From positions 98,890,001 to 98,954,000 of the forward strand of contig OZ024745.1 in NCBI GenBank assembly GCA_964016885.1: 64,000 nt of DNA, written 5' to 3'. This DNA comes from Eledone cirrhosa. Lineage: Eukaryota. The notes beneath the pieces are model-generated. The model was not told the origin of the DNA and did not search any database. It saw nothing but the letters and a program-made list of their open reading frames with translations. This document shows positions 1-12,692 of this stretch, piece after piece (position 1 is the stretch's first letter; every line of letters begins with the position of its first letter). A program made the translations under genes and the position numbers.

Positions 1-1054
1 TGTATTGGTGCTATTCCTAGTTAATTTTGTAGTAGCTAAAGGTGTTACACATTGAGTATAAGCTTTTATGTTTTCAGCATAACTATAAATTGTAGGTTGC
101 AAGGCAAGGGTTTTTCCAATATCCACAGCTTGCTCTCCATTGTTGAATTTCCATAAAACTTTTAATTTAGTTCCTAATACTACACTTTTTCTGTTGTTTG
201 TTTGTTTTTGTGCTCAAAGACAGTGGCTATGCACAGTGTTCATTTAACCATCATTGCAAAAAAGAGGAAAGAGATTGATCGTTAGATTAGACCAAGAAAA
301 CAATGTTTCCATTGATCTTTTTCATTGCCGATACTATATGCCGGTCACAACTCCTGGCAGAGGGAGGCAGGATCCTAACTCAGATTTTTATTTTACAGTT
401 TATTTGTTTTATTTTATTTCTCATCAACATCATAATGAAATAATGTTAAGTGAAGGCTGTCTGTACTAGACAACACCTAATGTAGAAGTGATAGAATACT
501 TGACTATGGTAAAATGGTACCACAGACTTAAAACTAATAAAAGGAATGGTGAAAGAACCAAAAGAACTAAATAAAAAATATACTAAATGTAAATAATATT
601 ACAGAATGATTAAAAGTCTTTGAGCAGTTTTCTATTCACATATATTTTGTTTTAAATACCCAGGTAAAAAGATTACATAAAAAAACATTTAATTGCTGAT
701 ATTTTCATATACTTTCTTTTAGTATTTCAATTTTTTTTAAAATAACATGAAAGTTTGGAAGTGGGTTGTCATTTTTAAAAGGTATGTCTCATTTTAGTTA
801 CAGAGCAACTGGTTTAGTTTTAAATCAGAAGATTAGGTGATGAGTAGGAATTGAGAAAGGGAAAGTGTGTAGAAAACAATATAATGAAAAACTACATCAT
901 ATCAATAACAATAACAATAAAATATAAAAGCAAACAGATACAAAAAAATATCTAAGCTATAGCATGGTAACAAATATGTACATAAAAGCTCAGTAAATTG
1001 GAGCAAATAATGTCAAGCAAAAATTAAAATTAGGACACAAGGAGGGAAGTTTAC

Positions 1055-1110
1055 CTTCAATGTGTTTAACAGCTGTTGGATTTTGGCAGAGACCTTGCCA
1101 TGTCTTGAAT
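1055..1110 (-). CDS. DIP2: DIP2 coding exon, (D/N)SRHGKVSAKIQQLLNTLK
   Basis: Matches the conserved DIP2-family motif VS(T/A)KIQQLLNTLK. Acceptor is ttttctttcacattacatag| and donor is AAG|gtaaac. 56 nt, phase 1 in and phase 0 out. Confidence 0.93.
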
Positions 1111-1195
1111 CTATGTAATGTGAAAGAAAAAAATAATCATAATAAAAAGGTAATTTGTAGAGACAAATCAAATAGCTAGCAATTTTACAAAGCAG

Positions 1196-1234
<39 letters not shown>

Positions 1235-1694
1235 CATACATCCACACTTTTATCACCATAAGAAAACAAAATACAACAATGAGTTGACAACACTAACAGC
1301 GGTGACGACGACAACAACAACTAACAATTTTAAACAATTTTTTTTCTGCTTTTCCTAATAAATAAAAACCAAGAGAAATTGTCTAAATTGTGATATTTGA
1401 AAAAGAAAGAGAGAAAAAAAAGTCAGAAAATTACTTGTTTTCAGAAAGAATATAATTAGAAAAATAAAAAAATAAAATAAAATAGATAAAATAACTTTAT
1501 ATGTAGAGAAGACTGAGGTTGAATTTTTTAAGGAGTGGGCAAAGAAAAAAAAAAAGAAAAAAAAAGAAAGAAAGAAGCAAATTGTTTTGTCTCATGCTTG
1601 GTCAGTCAGAGAATGAAATACAAGGGGCTCGCCTGAGCACGACAGAGAAATTATTTCCGTGCAGACATTCAGAGAGGGGAGAAATAAGTCTTAC

Positions 1695-1763
1695 TTATGA
1701 TCCAGTTTACTATAGCTGCATCATCCATAGATTGAAGTTCACTCAATCCGGTCGGGAGCATAC
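1695..1763 (-). CDS. DIP2: Candidate DIP2 cassette (or alternative first) exon, (G)MLPTGLSELQSMDDAAIVNWII(N)
   Basis: 69 nt, phase 1-1, open frame, strong donor A|gtaaga. It joins in frame to both neighbouring exons. The acceptor (actttgggcag|) has a weak pyrimidine tract, and I do not recognise the peptide. Confidence 0.5.
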
Positions 1764-1949
1764 CTGCCCAAAGTTCATCATTCCATAAAACGGTGTTCAA
1801 ACAGAGACACGCAAACACTTTACACAGTTATCATGTGATAAGGATGGCCACGAATTTAAAGTTTAGCTCAGTTATATGATAAGAATGGCCAGAAATTTAT
1901 AAGTTTTTTGCTTAGAATAATTATGTGATTATGTGTTCCAAAAATAATC

Positions 1950-2003
<54 letters not shown>

Positions 2004-2316
2004 AAATCTTGTCAGCTAAAAAAATATTTTCATCTTGGAAGCTAAAAAAGTTTTTAAAGTCTTATTTTATCTATTGAATTTAATGATTTGAAATAAATAG
2101 AACCATCAATAAAATTTGAATGAAGTGCCCAATATAAGGGCTTACTAGAGAAAAAGATTGGGCTAGAAAGCCATTGACTAGATGACCAGAAAAAAGGGGA
2201 TACTCAAATTGTTGGCCCATCCAAAATAGAGGGAATTTAGATGTGTTTAATAAAGACACTGAAGGACAATATTACTGAAATTGGAGCAAAGTAAAAGAAG
2301 GAAGACCACAATAAAT

Positions 2317-2370
2317 GTATATATATACATATATATAAATATACATACACATATATATATAAATATACAT

Positions 2371-2461
<91 letters not shown>

Positions 2462-2638
2462 TATAAATATTATTTTGGGGAAAAAATTCAAAAAAAATGT
2501 AACAAAACAAACAAAAACAAAAACTTGCATTTGCAATAAATAAAAACAAAAGAGTTTAAATATAATCCTAGGATAAAACAACAGCAAACAACATAAAACA
2601 AGGGGAGAAATAGAGTAAGAAAAGAATAAGCTATATAT

Positions 2639-2689
<51 letters not shown>

Positions 2690-2717
2690 TACATATATAT
2701 TATATATATATATATAT

Positions 2718-2756
<39 letters not shown>

Positions 2757-3439
2757 TATATATATATATAAATATACAAATATATATACACAAATATATA
2801 TACACATATAAATATATATATACAAATATATATACACATATAAATATATATACACATATAAATGTATATATACAAATATATATATACACATATAAATATA
2901 TATATACAAATATATATACACATATATACATATATATATATATACATATATACACATATATATACATACATATATACACATATATATACATACATATATA
3001 CACACATATATACATACATATATACACATATACACACATATGCATATATATACAAACACACATATATACATATATACACATGCATACATATATATATATA
3101 TATACACACACATACATATATATATACATATATACACATACATACATATATATATACACACATACATACATATATTTATACACACATACATACATATATT
3201 TATACACACATACATACATATATTTATACACACATATATATATATATACACACACACATATATATATATATACACACACACATATATATACACACACATA
3301 CATACATATATATATATACACACATACATACATATATATATATACACACATACATACATATATATATATACACACATACATACATATATATATATACACA
3401 CATACATACATATATATATATATACATATATATATACAC

Positions 3440-3470
<31 letters not shown>

Positions 3471-3565
3471 CACATATATACACACATATATACATATATA
3501 TATACACATATATATATACACATATATATATACACATATATATACACACATATATATATATACAC

Positions 3566-3606
<41 letters not shown>

Positions 3607-4174
3607 TACATATATATATACACATATATACATATATATATACACACATATATATATACATATTATATACACACATATATACATATATATATATACACAT
3701 ATATACATATATATATATACACATATATATATATACACATATATACATATATACACATATATACATATATATACAAATACATACATATATATACAAATAC
3801 ATACATATATATATACACATACATACATATATATACAAATACATACATATATATATACACATACATACATGTATATACAAATACATACATATATATATAC
3901 ACATACATACATATATATATATACACATACATACATATATATATATACACATACATGCATATATATACACATACATGCATATATATACACATACATACAT
4001 ATACACATACATACATATATATACACATACATACATATATATACACATACATACAAATATATACACATACATACATATATATACACATACATACATATAT
4101 ATACACATACATACATATATATACACATACATACATATATATATACACATACATATATATATACACATACATAC

Positions 4175-4212
<38 letters not shown>

Positions 4213-4459
4213 ATACATACATATATATATACACATACATACATATATATATATACATACATACATATATATATACACATACATACATATATATACACAT
4301 ACAAATATATATACACATACGTACATAAATATATATATACACACATGCATATATATATATACACATACGTACATACATATATATATATATACACACATAC
4401 ATATATATATATATATAGATACACATATATATATATATACACACACATATATACATATA

Positions 4460-4491
<32 letters not shown>

Positions 4492-4513
4492 CTTGTATGT
4501 ATATATCCACATA
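2317..4513. repeat. ~2.2 kb compound (TA)n/(CA)n/(TACA)n microsatellite with a short unique interruption at ~2460-2630
   Basis: Directly visible. It produces all the long YI/CV/HT-rich ORFs in the track. Confidence 0.97.
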
Positions 4514-4828
4514 TACTGAATTAACACGAAAGGGAGATTAATAAATGGGTGAAAACAGAAATGTTAACATAATAAAATGTGTTTAAATACTTTTACTCCA
4601 GTATTCTGCAAGTTTTGAATGATAACAAATATGTATATTTTTTTTTTACTACATAGAAAGGGAATCTTAAGAGAGATTGAGAGACTGTAAAGAGAGAGCT
4701 AAATCATGTAGTACAGAAAATATTACCACTTCAGTTCTAACTAATCTGGTGAATCAATGAGCTGATCACTGAAAGATAGTAACATTACAACATAAGAGCA
4801 GAACTAGAATTCCTTTGAGATTATTAAA

Positions 4829-5333
4829 TCTATATATATAAAAGCGAGGATGTGTGTGTGCGTGTGGACAACTTTGGACAGCTAAGGCTTTTACAATTCC
4901 CAACCGAATTTGACCAAATTTTCTGTGCACGCTGCACCTGTCGCTAAGATGGTCACATCACAAATATTTTTCAAATCGACCCACATTGAGCAATAAAAAA
5001 TCGATAGCAAAATTATTTTTTCTAAAGTGCATGATGTAAGGTAGAAATCAATCAAAACAAAATCCTTATGGGACTTTCCATTCAAACTGTTGGGACCTAC
5101 AACTTTTCAGCTATAGTTTGCACATTTTTTTGTCACTCGTGACAAAATTGTAGGTGTTTATTCTCTGCACTACAAGGCTCTTAAGCGAGCATCGATTTTC
5201 TTCTAAGTCAAATGCCTGTGTCAGCAAACCCATAAAAACTAAATCCTTATGGGATTTTCCATTCAATTTACTTCCTAGCTGTATATTCTTAGCATAATTT
5301 CAAACCCCGGGCAACGCCGGGTAAATCTGCTAG
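4829..5333 (+). mobile_element. Non-autonomous Helitron
   Basis: 5' A|TCTATATATATAAAAG, subterminal hairpin CCCGG-GCAACG-CCGGG (5306-5321), 3' CTAG|T, no TSD. Internal direct repeat aaatccttatggga(c/t)tttccattcaa at ~5060 and ~5241. Confidence 0.85.
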
Positions 5334-8116
5334 TCTTCTCTAAAAAAATATTGTTATACAAACATTGTTTTATGATACTAATGGGCAGAGTAGTTAAAAA
5401 ATATAACTTCAACAATATCTTTCAATGATATGAAAAATATCACTTAAGCTTTATACAAAATGTGAAATGAGGCCATGATGATAGTAGGAAAATAAAAAAT
5501 AAAGTATCTTTATATATCAATGAGAAGGCAAATTTAACATTTTGGATAGGCCTTGTTCATGTTTGAAAAGTGCCTGTATTAAACACTTCACCTTATAAGA
5601 CAATCCAAAATAACTCCCTACAAAATTTTACAACAATCTTTGTAATAATTGTAGTCACTATGCTTGCCATAAATAAATGGCATAAAAAGAACAAATACTA
5701 AATCTTGAAAATTTATAAAAAATTTTTAGATTTCTAAAGGGGAAGCTAGTTCATATTTGAAGATATTTTGACAAAATAAAAATACCTATAAATGTGGAAC
5801 ATTATATGAGAGATGTTTGAAAATACCAATAATGGTACCCAATAGCAGAATGAATTTGACAAATTCCTAACTTATGGGTTAGTATGTTGGTACACACACA
5901 CACACACACACACGCACACAGACAGATGTAAGTCCTAGGAAATGAAACTAACAAACATTCTTTCTGTCATATCTACTTTAGCTAAAACCTATGAACCACA
6001 ATGGGATTTAGTGACAAATATAGAAATAACAGGAAATTATAGAGTAGCTGAGTGCTTTCCTTATCCTGAGATCAAATCCTATGCAAGCCATTTCATAGCA
6101 GGCTAAAACAAAACCTCCTGAAGATCTGCTTCAATTATTACAAGCCCACAGAATGTGGTTTATTCAAATATTTGCAGCTTTGTAGAATAAACTTTGAGAG
6201 TTAAAAGAAAATACTTTCTACTACAAAAGCTACTTTTAACACTTCTGCTACCATATTTCTAATGAAATACACTGTCTATGATTTTCAAATAATTTTGAAA
6301 ATAAAAAATTTGAAAGGGTTCATTAATACAATTTCCTCAACATTACAGTGGAATATTTTCAGATAAATATAAATACTTTCAAATAAACAGTTTTGTATCT
6401 TAGAACCATAGATAAAGACCTTCATTACTAAACATTAAAAAACAAGATGTGTAAATTATTTGAAAATTAATAGGTTGAATAAACTTGTCATAGGTAGGAA
6501 AAACTGAACTGCCACTAGAATTATCATTAAACAACACTAGTGATATATTTTATTAAATACAGCAAGACAGCCCAAAGTTTCCAAAATAAATTTGATTCAA
6601 ATGAAAATTAGAGAGATTATATTTAAAAAAAAAATGAAGCACAATGATTCTAAACCACAAAAAATTAATAGCTATAAAACAATGACCCGACAATTATAAT
6701 GAAAAACTATACTCATTGATTTCACTAAACATTAAAAAAAAGAGAGGAAGAAATCATCAAAATTTGGTTTAAGAAAGCCAGAAAAAAAGACAAACTCATA
6801 AGTTGAAATATCATTTCATGCTATAGATTAACAATAAAAATCCCCATTTAAAATTATTTTCCAAGCACTGTTAACATTTAACCACCCACATCATATTTTG
6901 AGTAGTTCATTGTTATTGTCTAAGTGGTCTTAAACAAAAATGTTGGACGACACCATTTCTAATAAAGATTAACGGAAGTTTTATTTAACATTTCAAATAT
7001 CATAACACTGCTACTTTATAAATACATTAATGTTTTAATCAAGAATTCAACATTTAATCTATTTGTCATTAGAGGGCAGTGGCATCTCTGTTGATGAAGT
7101 ACAAGGATGATATTGTGTAGTATACATAAATGATACTGTTGCCAATTATCACTAACTTCCTGGCTTTATTTTTACATTAAATGTCTAACACTACATTATT
7201 TTATATCAGGCTTCCTTTAGCTTAACTCCCCTAATACTTTACAATAATTACATTATATAACATACAACAGATGAATTAATTTACCGTAAAACTAATTACA
7301 TGAAAATATATTTACTTTAAATAATTTTTAATGTTAAAGACAAGGAGTATAGGTATGATAACCAAAATATTGTCAAGCTTATGACAGCTAAATTTGGATT
7401 ATGATATTTCCATTGTAAGGTATATTGTAGTTTTAATCACATAACAGGGCTAAATATTGTTTTATGTTTCCAGTGTTTGTCACAAATTTCATTCAAGCAA
7501 GCATGCCTGCATGCACTTATAGATCATTTTTAAAATACAAAAATAAACAAGCTCTATTTCAAAACATTTTTTCAAAGAGATGGAGTTAGTAATGCACCTA
7601 AGTTAAGCAGCTAATATGGTTATACGAAACATTTTAGCCAAACAGACAAACCAGTGTTACATCTACCAACAGCAATGGGTTAAAGGAAAGTAAAGTTATT
7701 GCATTATCCAAATAATCTGATAGAGAGAACGTGTGAAAGATGAATAAGTTGAACAGTTTCCAGACTGCACACAGCTTTAGATACAATGTCCCCCATATAA
7801 TAATTTATAATTACATTTGAATAAAAAAAAAAAATGTTTTTACCCTTTCAGCCTTAGCAGTACTTAGAAGAAACATTGGAAAGGAATTAATAGATATTAT
7901 TACCAGGAATGTGGTACAAGTGAATCCCAAAGTCCTTGTTTTCCAAGTCGTGACAGTGCTAAAAGAATAAACTACAAACTATTGTATTGAAAAACTAAAT
8001 CAGCCATAGTAAACTTGGGATTGTAAGGTGATGAACTTTCATAATCTGACTCAGTAATTCTTACAGTAACAATAACAATAACTGTTTCTACTTTTGGCAC
8101 AAAGCAAGCAAGTTAA

Positions 8117-8325
8117 CCCTTTAGCATTTACATTACTATATATATATACTATTGTATTTCATGGTAAACACTTTATCTCACATAATATCGAACCTATGAG
8201 ATTTTGATATTATTTATTTTGACAACAATACCTTAACATCAGTATGAGTGGCCAGTTATGGCCGGTTTGAAAAGAAGGAGGTGAGAGAATTCTGGCCAGA
8301 TAAAACCAGGTTAAATGCTAAAGGG
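8117..8325 (+). mobile_element. piggyBac-type MITE, family A, inserted in a minus-strand Nin/Deu SINE remnant (~8070-8430)
   Basis: TTAA|CCCTTTAGCATTTA ... TAAATGCTAAAGGG|TTAA. Homologous copies at 31142 and 60612. Confidence 0.88.
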
Positions 8326-10409
8326 TTAAGGGAAGAAATAAGTTGATTGCTGGTATTTTTTTTATTTTATTGATCTTGAAAGAATGAAAAGCAAAGTTGA
8401 CCTTCGTGAGATTTGAACTCAGAATCTAATTATTAACTTATAGGAAATAAATGTTATTTTTCATTTAGAAGTATTATTTGTTATACCAAGCATGAACAGC
8501 ACAGTTAAGCATTTTCACGTATATAGTAAGTAAACCATATCCTTACTTCTGTATCGGTTATTTTTTTAAAGTTGTTTATGACAATAGTTAAACATTCCTC
8601 TAAGTGTCTAGTGGAGTATTTTGATATTAACATTTCTATATGCAGTAAACAATTTTTTTTTTTTTATAGCTCTATCAGAAATCGGTTACTCTACAAGATC
8701 ATTTGGCCTTCTAGAAATAACAGCCAAGTCTTTTTAAATCACATTACTATTTTTTAAAAAGGAAAGACCCATTGGACAATGTACTCCTTGTGACACAAAC
8801 AGATAGGATCGTGATGGCTAGAATGCCTCTTTAACATATGTCTGCTTGATCATTGTTGGTCCTGGGCTAAACAACAACCAACAACTGTTTCTGATTTAAA
8901 GAATATAAAAATGATAACACTCTTCTTTATGTTGGAACAATAAACTATGATGAAATCAATTTGATATTTTCACATAGCTGGCAACTGATTCTTAAATAAT
9001 TCAGGTCTTTATAGATAACCATCACTCCAGTTGGTTAAATTACCATTGAGGAACACTACTATTGTTTCATTCTAAAATAGTTTCCACAGAACTCCCTCTT
9101 TGAGGAAAGTAAAAAACAAAAATGTTTTGTGTCTAAAAATTCTATAGTTACCATTTGTGAACTCAGACCATCTGTTCAACATTAAAGAAGAACCTAAAAT
9201 ACTTAGAATCTATAGTTTCATAATAGTTTGTTTGTATTTTAGAATAGCAGAGTTTAGAATATAATGGGAGGAAAAAAAACTGGCTTTTTAAAACTTTTCA
9301 TGATTTTTATTTTATTTAATTTATTTTTTTGTTTAGTGAAGGCAGGAAGGCAGTGCCTATGACCCATTTCAGGGCTTTTGAGGGTGGAAGATGTTATCAA
9401 GCCAGATACCTGGTCTGAATTTGATGTCCACTAAAGGCACCCAAGTGCCAGGTGGCAGTGTTAACTGATCAATGGATTAAATCTACCACCTCACAAAAAA
9501 GGAAAGTGATGAATTATATATGTCTATCTTTAACATGTATGAAGAATTGTAGCAGCTGTGGGGGTGAGGTGGCACTTGACTCAAGGCAGATAGGAGAAAA
9601 ATGCATGTAAGTGAAGAGATAAGATAACAAAAATTGCAATTGTTTTTATGTTAATATTTATGAAAGCTAAGAAATTTGTGAATGTCATCATAATGAATAT
9701 TGTATAAGAACATCTCATTAGTCTGAAATGTCTGTGGAATATGTAAACTGACCAAATTCTAGATTAAATTATCTTAAATATGATTTTTTTACCTAAAATA
9801 ATACGAGATAAATTTCTATAATCAGCTTATTTATTGTTAATCAAATCAGAAAAACAAATTTGAAATAAACTTTGAATAATAATAAGAACAACTAATAGAA
9901 GCCTTGAAATATACTCAGCAGGAAGAAATATAATGATAGGATGACAATAATAAATTAGTATATCATATGTTAACCTTTTCTTAAGTGAATCTTTGACATT
10001 ATTATTATTATTATTATCATTATCATCATCATCATCATAAGATAAAGAATTCAGTAAAATACCACACTTTCTGGAACCTCTAATATATAATTTGATAAAG
10101 TGTATATTGTATATAAGAAGAATGGTATGATAGAGACAGATCTCTCATGTGCAAACATTGCCATACAAATCAAGCCATATCAAAGCAGGAAGAAATTAAA
10201 AATAATTGATAAATAATATTGTTTAGGAAGGCACAGAGACAACATAAACAATTTTTAACTTAGAATATAAAACTGGAGAGTTTCAGGAAGGATAGAAAGT
10301 TTGTTTGTTTGATATTATGAGAAGGGAAAAAAAAAAAAAAAAAAATTTTAATGAGAGAAAGAAAGTAGTAAATGAACATAAGAATGGAAATATTCTAGAA
10401 GAAACTTAC

Positions 10410-10556
10410 CTGGCTCTTCTTCAAAAGTGGAAAGTTGAGTGGATCCAACTCTGATAGAAGAGGCGTGTGCTTGACCGTAACGATTAACTCTATCGGCCCC
10501 ACGCATACTTTTGGAAGCATTGCTTGTCACATCTGGTGGTTGGGAGTAATGCTGAG
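10410..10556 (-). CDS. DIP2: DIP2 coding exon, (S)QHYSQPPDVTSNASKSMRGADRVNRYGQAHASSIRVGSTQLSTFEEEP
   Basis: Contains the PPDVT motif seen in DIP2 N-termini. Acceptor tctcattattatag|, donor G|gtaagt. 147 nt, phase 1-1. Confidence 0.88.
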
Positions 10557-10929
10557 CTATAATAATGAGACACAGGGCAAATTCAGTAATGAATAATAAT
10601 AGGTTTAATAAGAACTGTGACAATACAAAACAAAATCAGCCTCTTGCATGAAAATATTAACAAAAACAAGAATCAATTTTGTTAGATAATATTTTTGCAT
10701 GTAATTATATAGTGATTGTTGTTGTTTAGCCCTCAAGTGGGCCCCGAATGAACAGACCTATGATCAAAGGTATTCCACTGTGACCATGATGGGTTTTTTT
10801 TCTATGTACAGGAAACTCGAGACTGTCTAATGTATCCTTTTCTAAGATAGTGCAATTTGAGGCAGATTTAAGATTAAGTAAAATCTTTCAAAGGAATTTT
10901 AGAAAATACATGAAGAATACTTATAGTTT

Positions 10930-11155
10930 AATGTTCATTTCCAATTTAGGCCTAAGGCCGGCAATTTTTTAGGGGAAGGGAGGAATTCTATTAAATCGAT
11001 CCAAGTATGTTAATAGTAATTTACTTTATCACCCTCTAGAAGGAAGGCAGGCCAAGTTGACCTCAGCAAGATTTCAACTCAGAATGTAAACAGTTGTAAC
11101 AAATACAGCAAAGCATTTTGTCAAAAGCTCTAACAATGCTGCCAATCCACCATCC
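10930..11155 (-). mobile_element. Degraded Nin/Deu-domain SINE
   Basis: Reverse-complement similarity to the 12272-12460 family (aagttgacctcagcaagatttcaactcagaa ... gctgccaatccacc). Confidence 0.6.
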
Positions 11156-11246
11156 TTTTGTAGTTTAATGTTAAAAATATATTTTGTTCTTGTATTTGTT
11201 ATATTCACTGCTGCCCACACACTCTTACTCTGTAAAGTTATGTTGG

Positions 11247-11504
11247 TACCACAAAACATTTAGTCCACACTGTAAAGTAGTCGTGTAGGTGTCACGACGA
11301 AAAGCACCCAGGCCACACTGTAAAGTGGTTGTGTAGGAGACATGACAAAAAGCACCCAGCACACACTGTAAATGTGGTTGGCATTAGGAAGGGCATCCAG
11401 CTGTAGAAAACCAGCCTATATGAGCGAGACATGGTCACCCAATCCAACTTGCCTCAAATGGGACAAACCTATGAGGAAAATCAATGTTAAACGATGATGA
11501 TGAT
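11247..11504 (+). mobile_element. RTE LINE 3'-UTR fragment
   Basis: Repeated GCACCCAG..CACACTGTAAA units, TAGGAAGGGCATCCAGCTGTAGAAA and a (GAT)n tail. More diverged copies at ~16800-17100, 18040-18272, 32560-32870, 48280-48530 and 61280-61560 (minus). Confidence 0.75.
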
Positions 11505-12271
11505 ATGAAATTGTGTGTTGTAAGTGATATTGTTGAATTTTAAGGGAGGAGTATTTTGACAATTAAAAACACCTGCACTGGTTGTAGTCTACTTTCCTCT
11601 TTATTGTTAACTAATTTCTTCTAAGAAAATGTTCCTTACACTACTGTGACCTTATCAAGAACCTTATAAAAATCTTAATAGCAAATGATAAGTGAAAACA
11701 AAACCTTTTATTGGCTGGTTTGTGATGTTACTGATGGCCACAAGATACACACAATGAAAACTAATTTTATGGTGGTATCAGCATACAACCCTACACCATA
11801 TGTATATAGACTAATTTTAAAAAATCTATAGTCACGATGTTAAGACATCAATACAAAACACATATCACAAAATTGTTGCCAGGAAATTATATATTTCCTA
11901 CTGAATATTATTAAACTATGATAATTTGGAGATTTGGCTAGTTAAGACAGTCAATATCTAAATCACAATGTTTTCTTTATATTCTGGTAGAAGAAATGAT
12001 TTTGCTATGAGAAGTAAAGGGGTTAACAAACAGGCAGAGACAATGTAATGTCAAGAAGACCCTTTAGTCTTGCTGAAGATATGACAACCTTCATAGTGTT
12101 GGTGTCATGATAAATTGAACCCAATACATTCTTGAAAGTGGCTGGTGATAAGAAGGCCCTCCAGCTATAGAAAACATGGAAAAATATAGAATATAAAAGC
12201 AAGGTGTGTTCCTCTAGGAGGGCAGTAACTATGAATAAAAACTGACTTTGAACTTGGACCATGGTAAACCT

Positions 12272-12460
12272 TGGATTGGCAGTATCGGTAGGGGGTCGGA
12301 CGCCATGCTTTGCAGTACAGAGTTACGGCCCTTTACGGTCTGAGTTCAAATCCCGTTGAAGTTAACTTTGCCTTTCATCCTTACAGGGTCAATAAAATAT
12401 AGCACCAGTAATGCACTGGGATAATTGCTGGCCTTGTGTCAAAAGTAGAAATAATTATTA
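12272..12460 (+). mobile_element. SINE with Nin/Deu-like central domain
   Basis: B-box GAGTTCAAATCCC followed by GTTAACTTTGCCTTTCATCCTT..GGGTCAATAAAAT. Homologous to 42868-43070. Confidence 0.8.
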
Positions 12461-12520
12461 CCTGGAGGCAGCCAAGAAAATTCAAAGGTCTAAACTTTAT
12501 TAACATGGATCATAACACTC

Positions 12521-12692
12521 AATAATAATTGTTTCTACTTTTGGCACAAGGACAGCAATTATCCCAATGCATTATTAGTGTTTTATTTTATCGACCCCGT
12601 AAGGGGATTTGAACTCAGAACATAAAGGGCCATAACTCTATGCTGGAAAGCATGGTGTCTCATGCTCTATCAATACTGCCAATCCATCGCCC
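12521..12692 (-). mobile_element. Second copy of the same SINE, inverted (tail-to-tail)
   Basis: Reverse complement of 12272-12460 with an internal deletion. Confidence 0.8.

Noticed and set aside
100-469. Possible next DIP2 exon or a plus-strand 71-aa ORF
   Set aside because: No RPKR-type continuation found and no convincing splice pair. The next exon is probably beyond the window edge.
2237-4527. Long ORFs of up to 679 aa on both strands
   Set aside because: Translations of TA/CA microsatellite, which lacks stop codons by composition.
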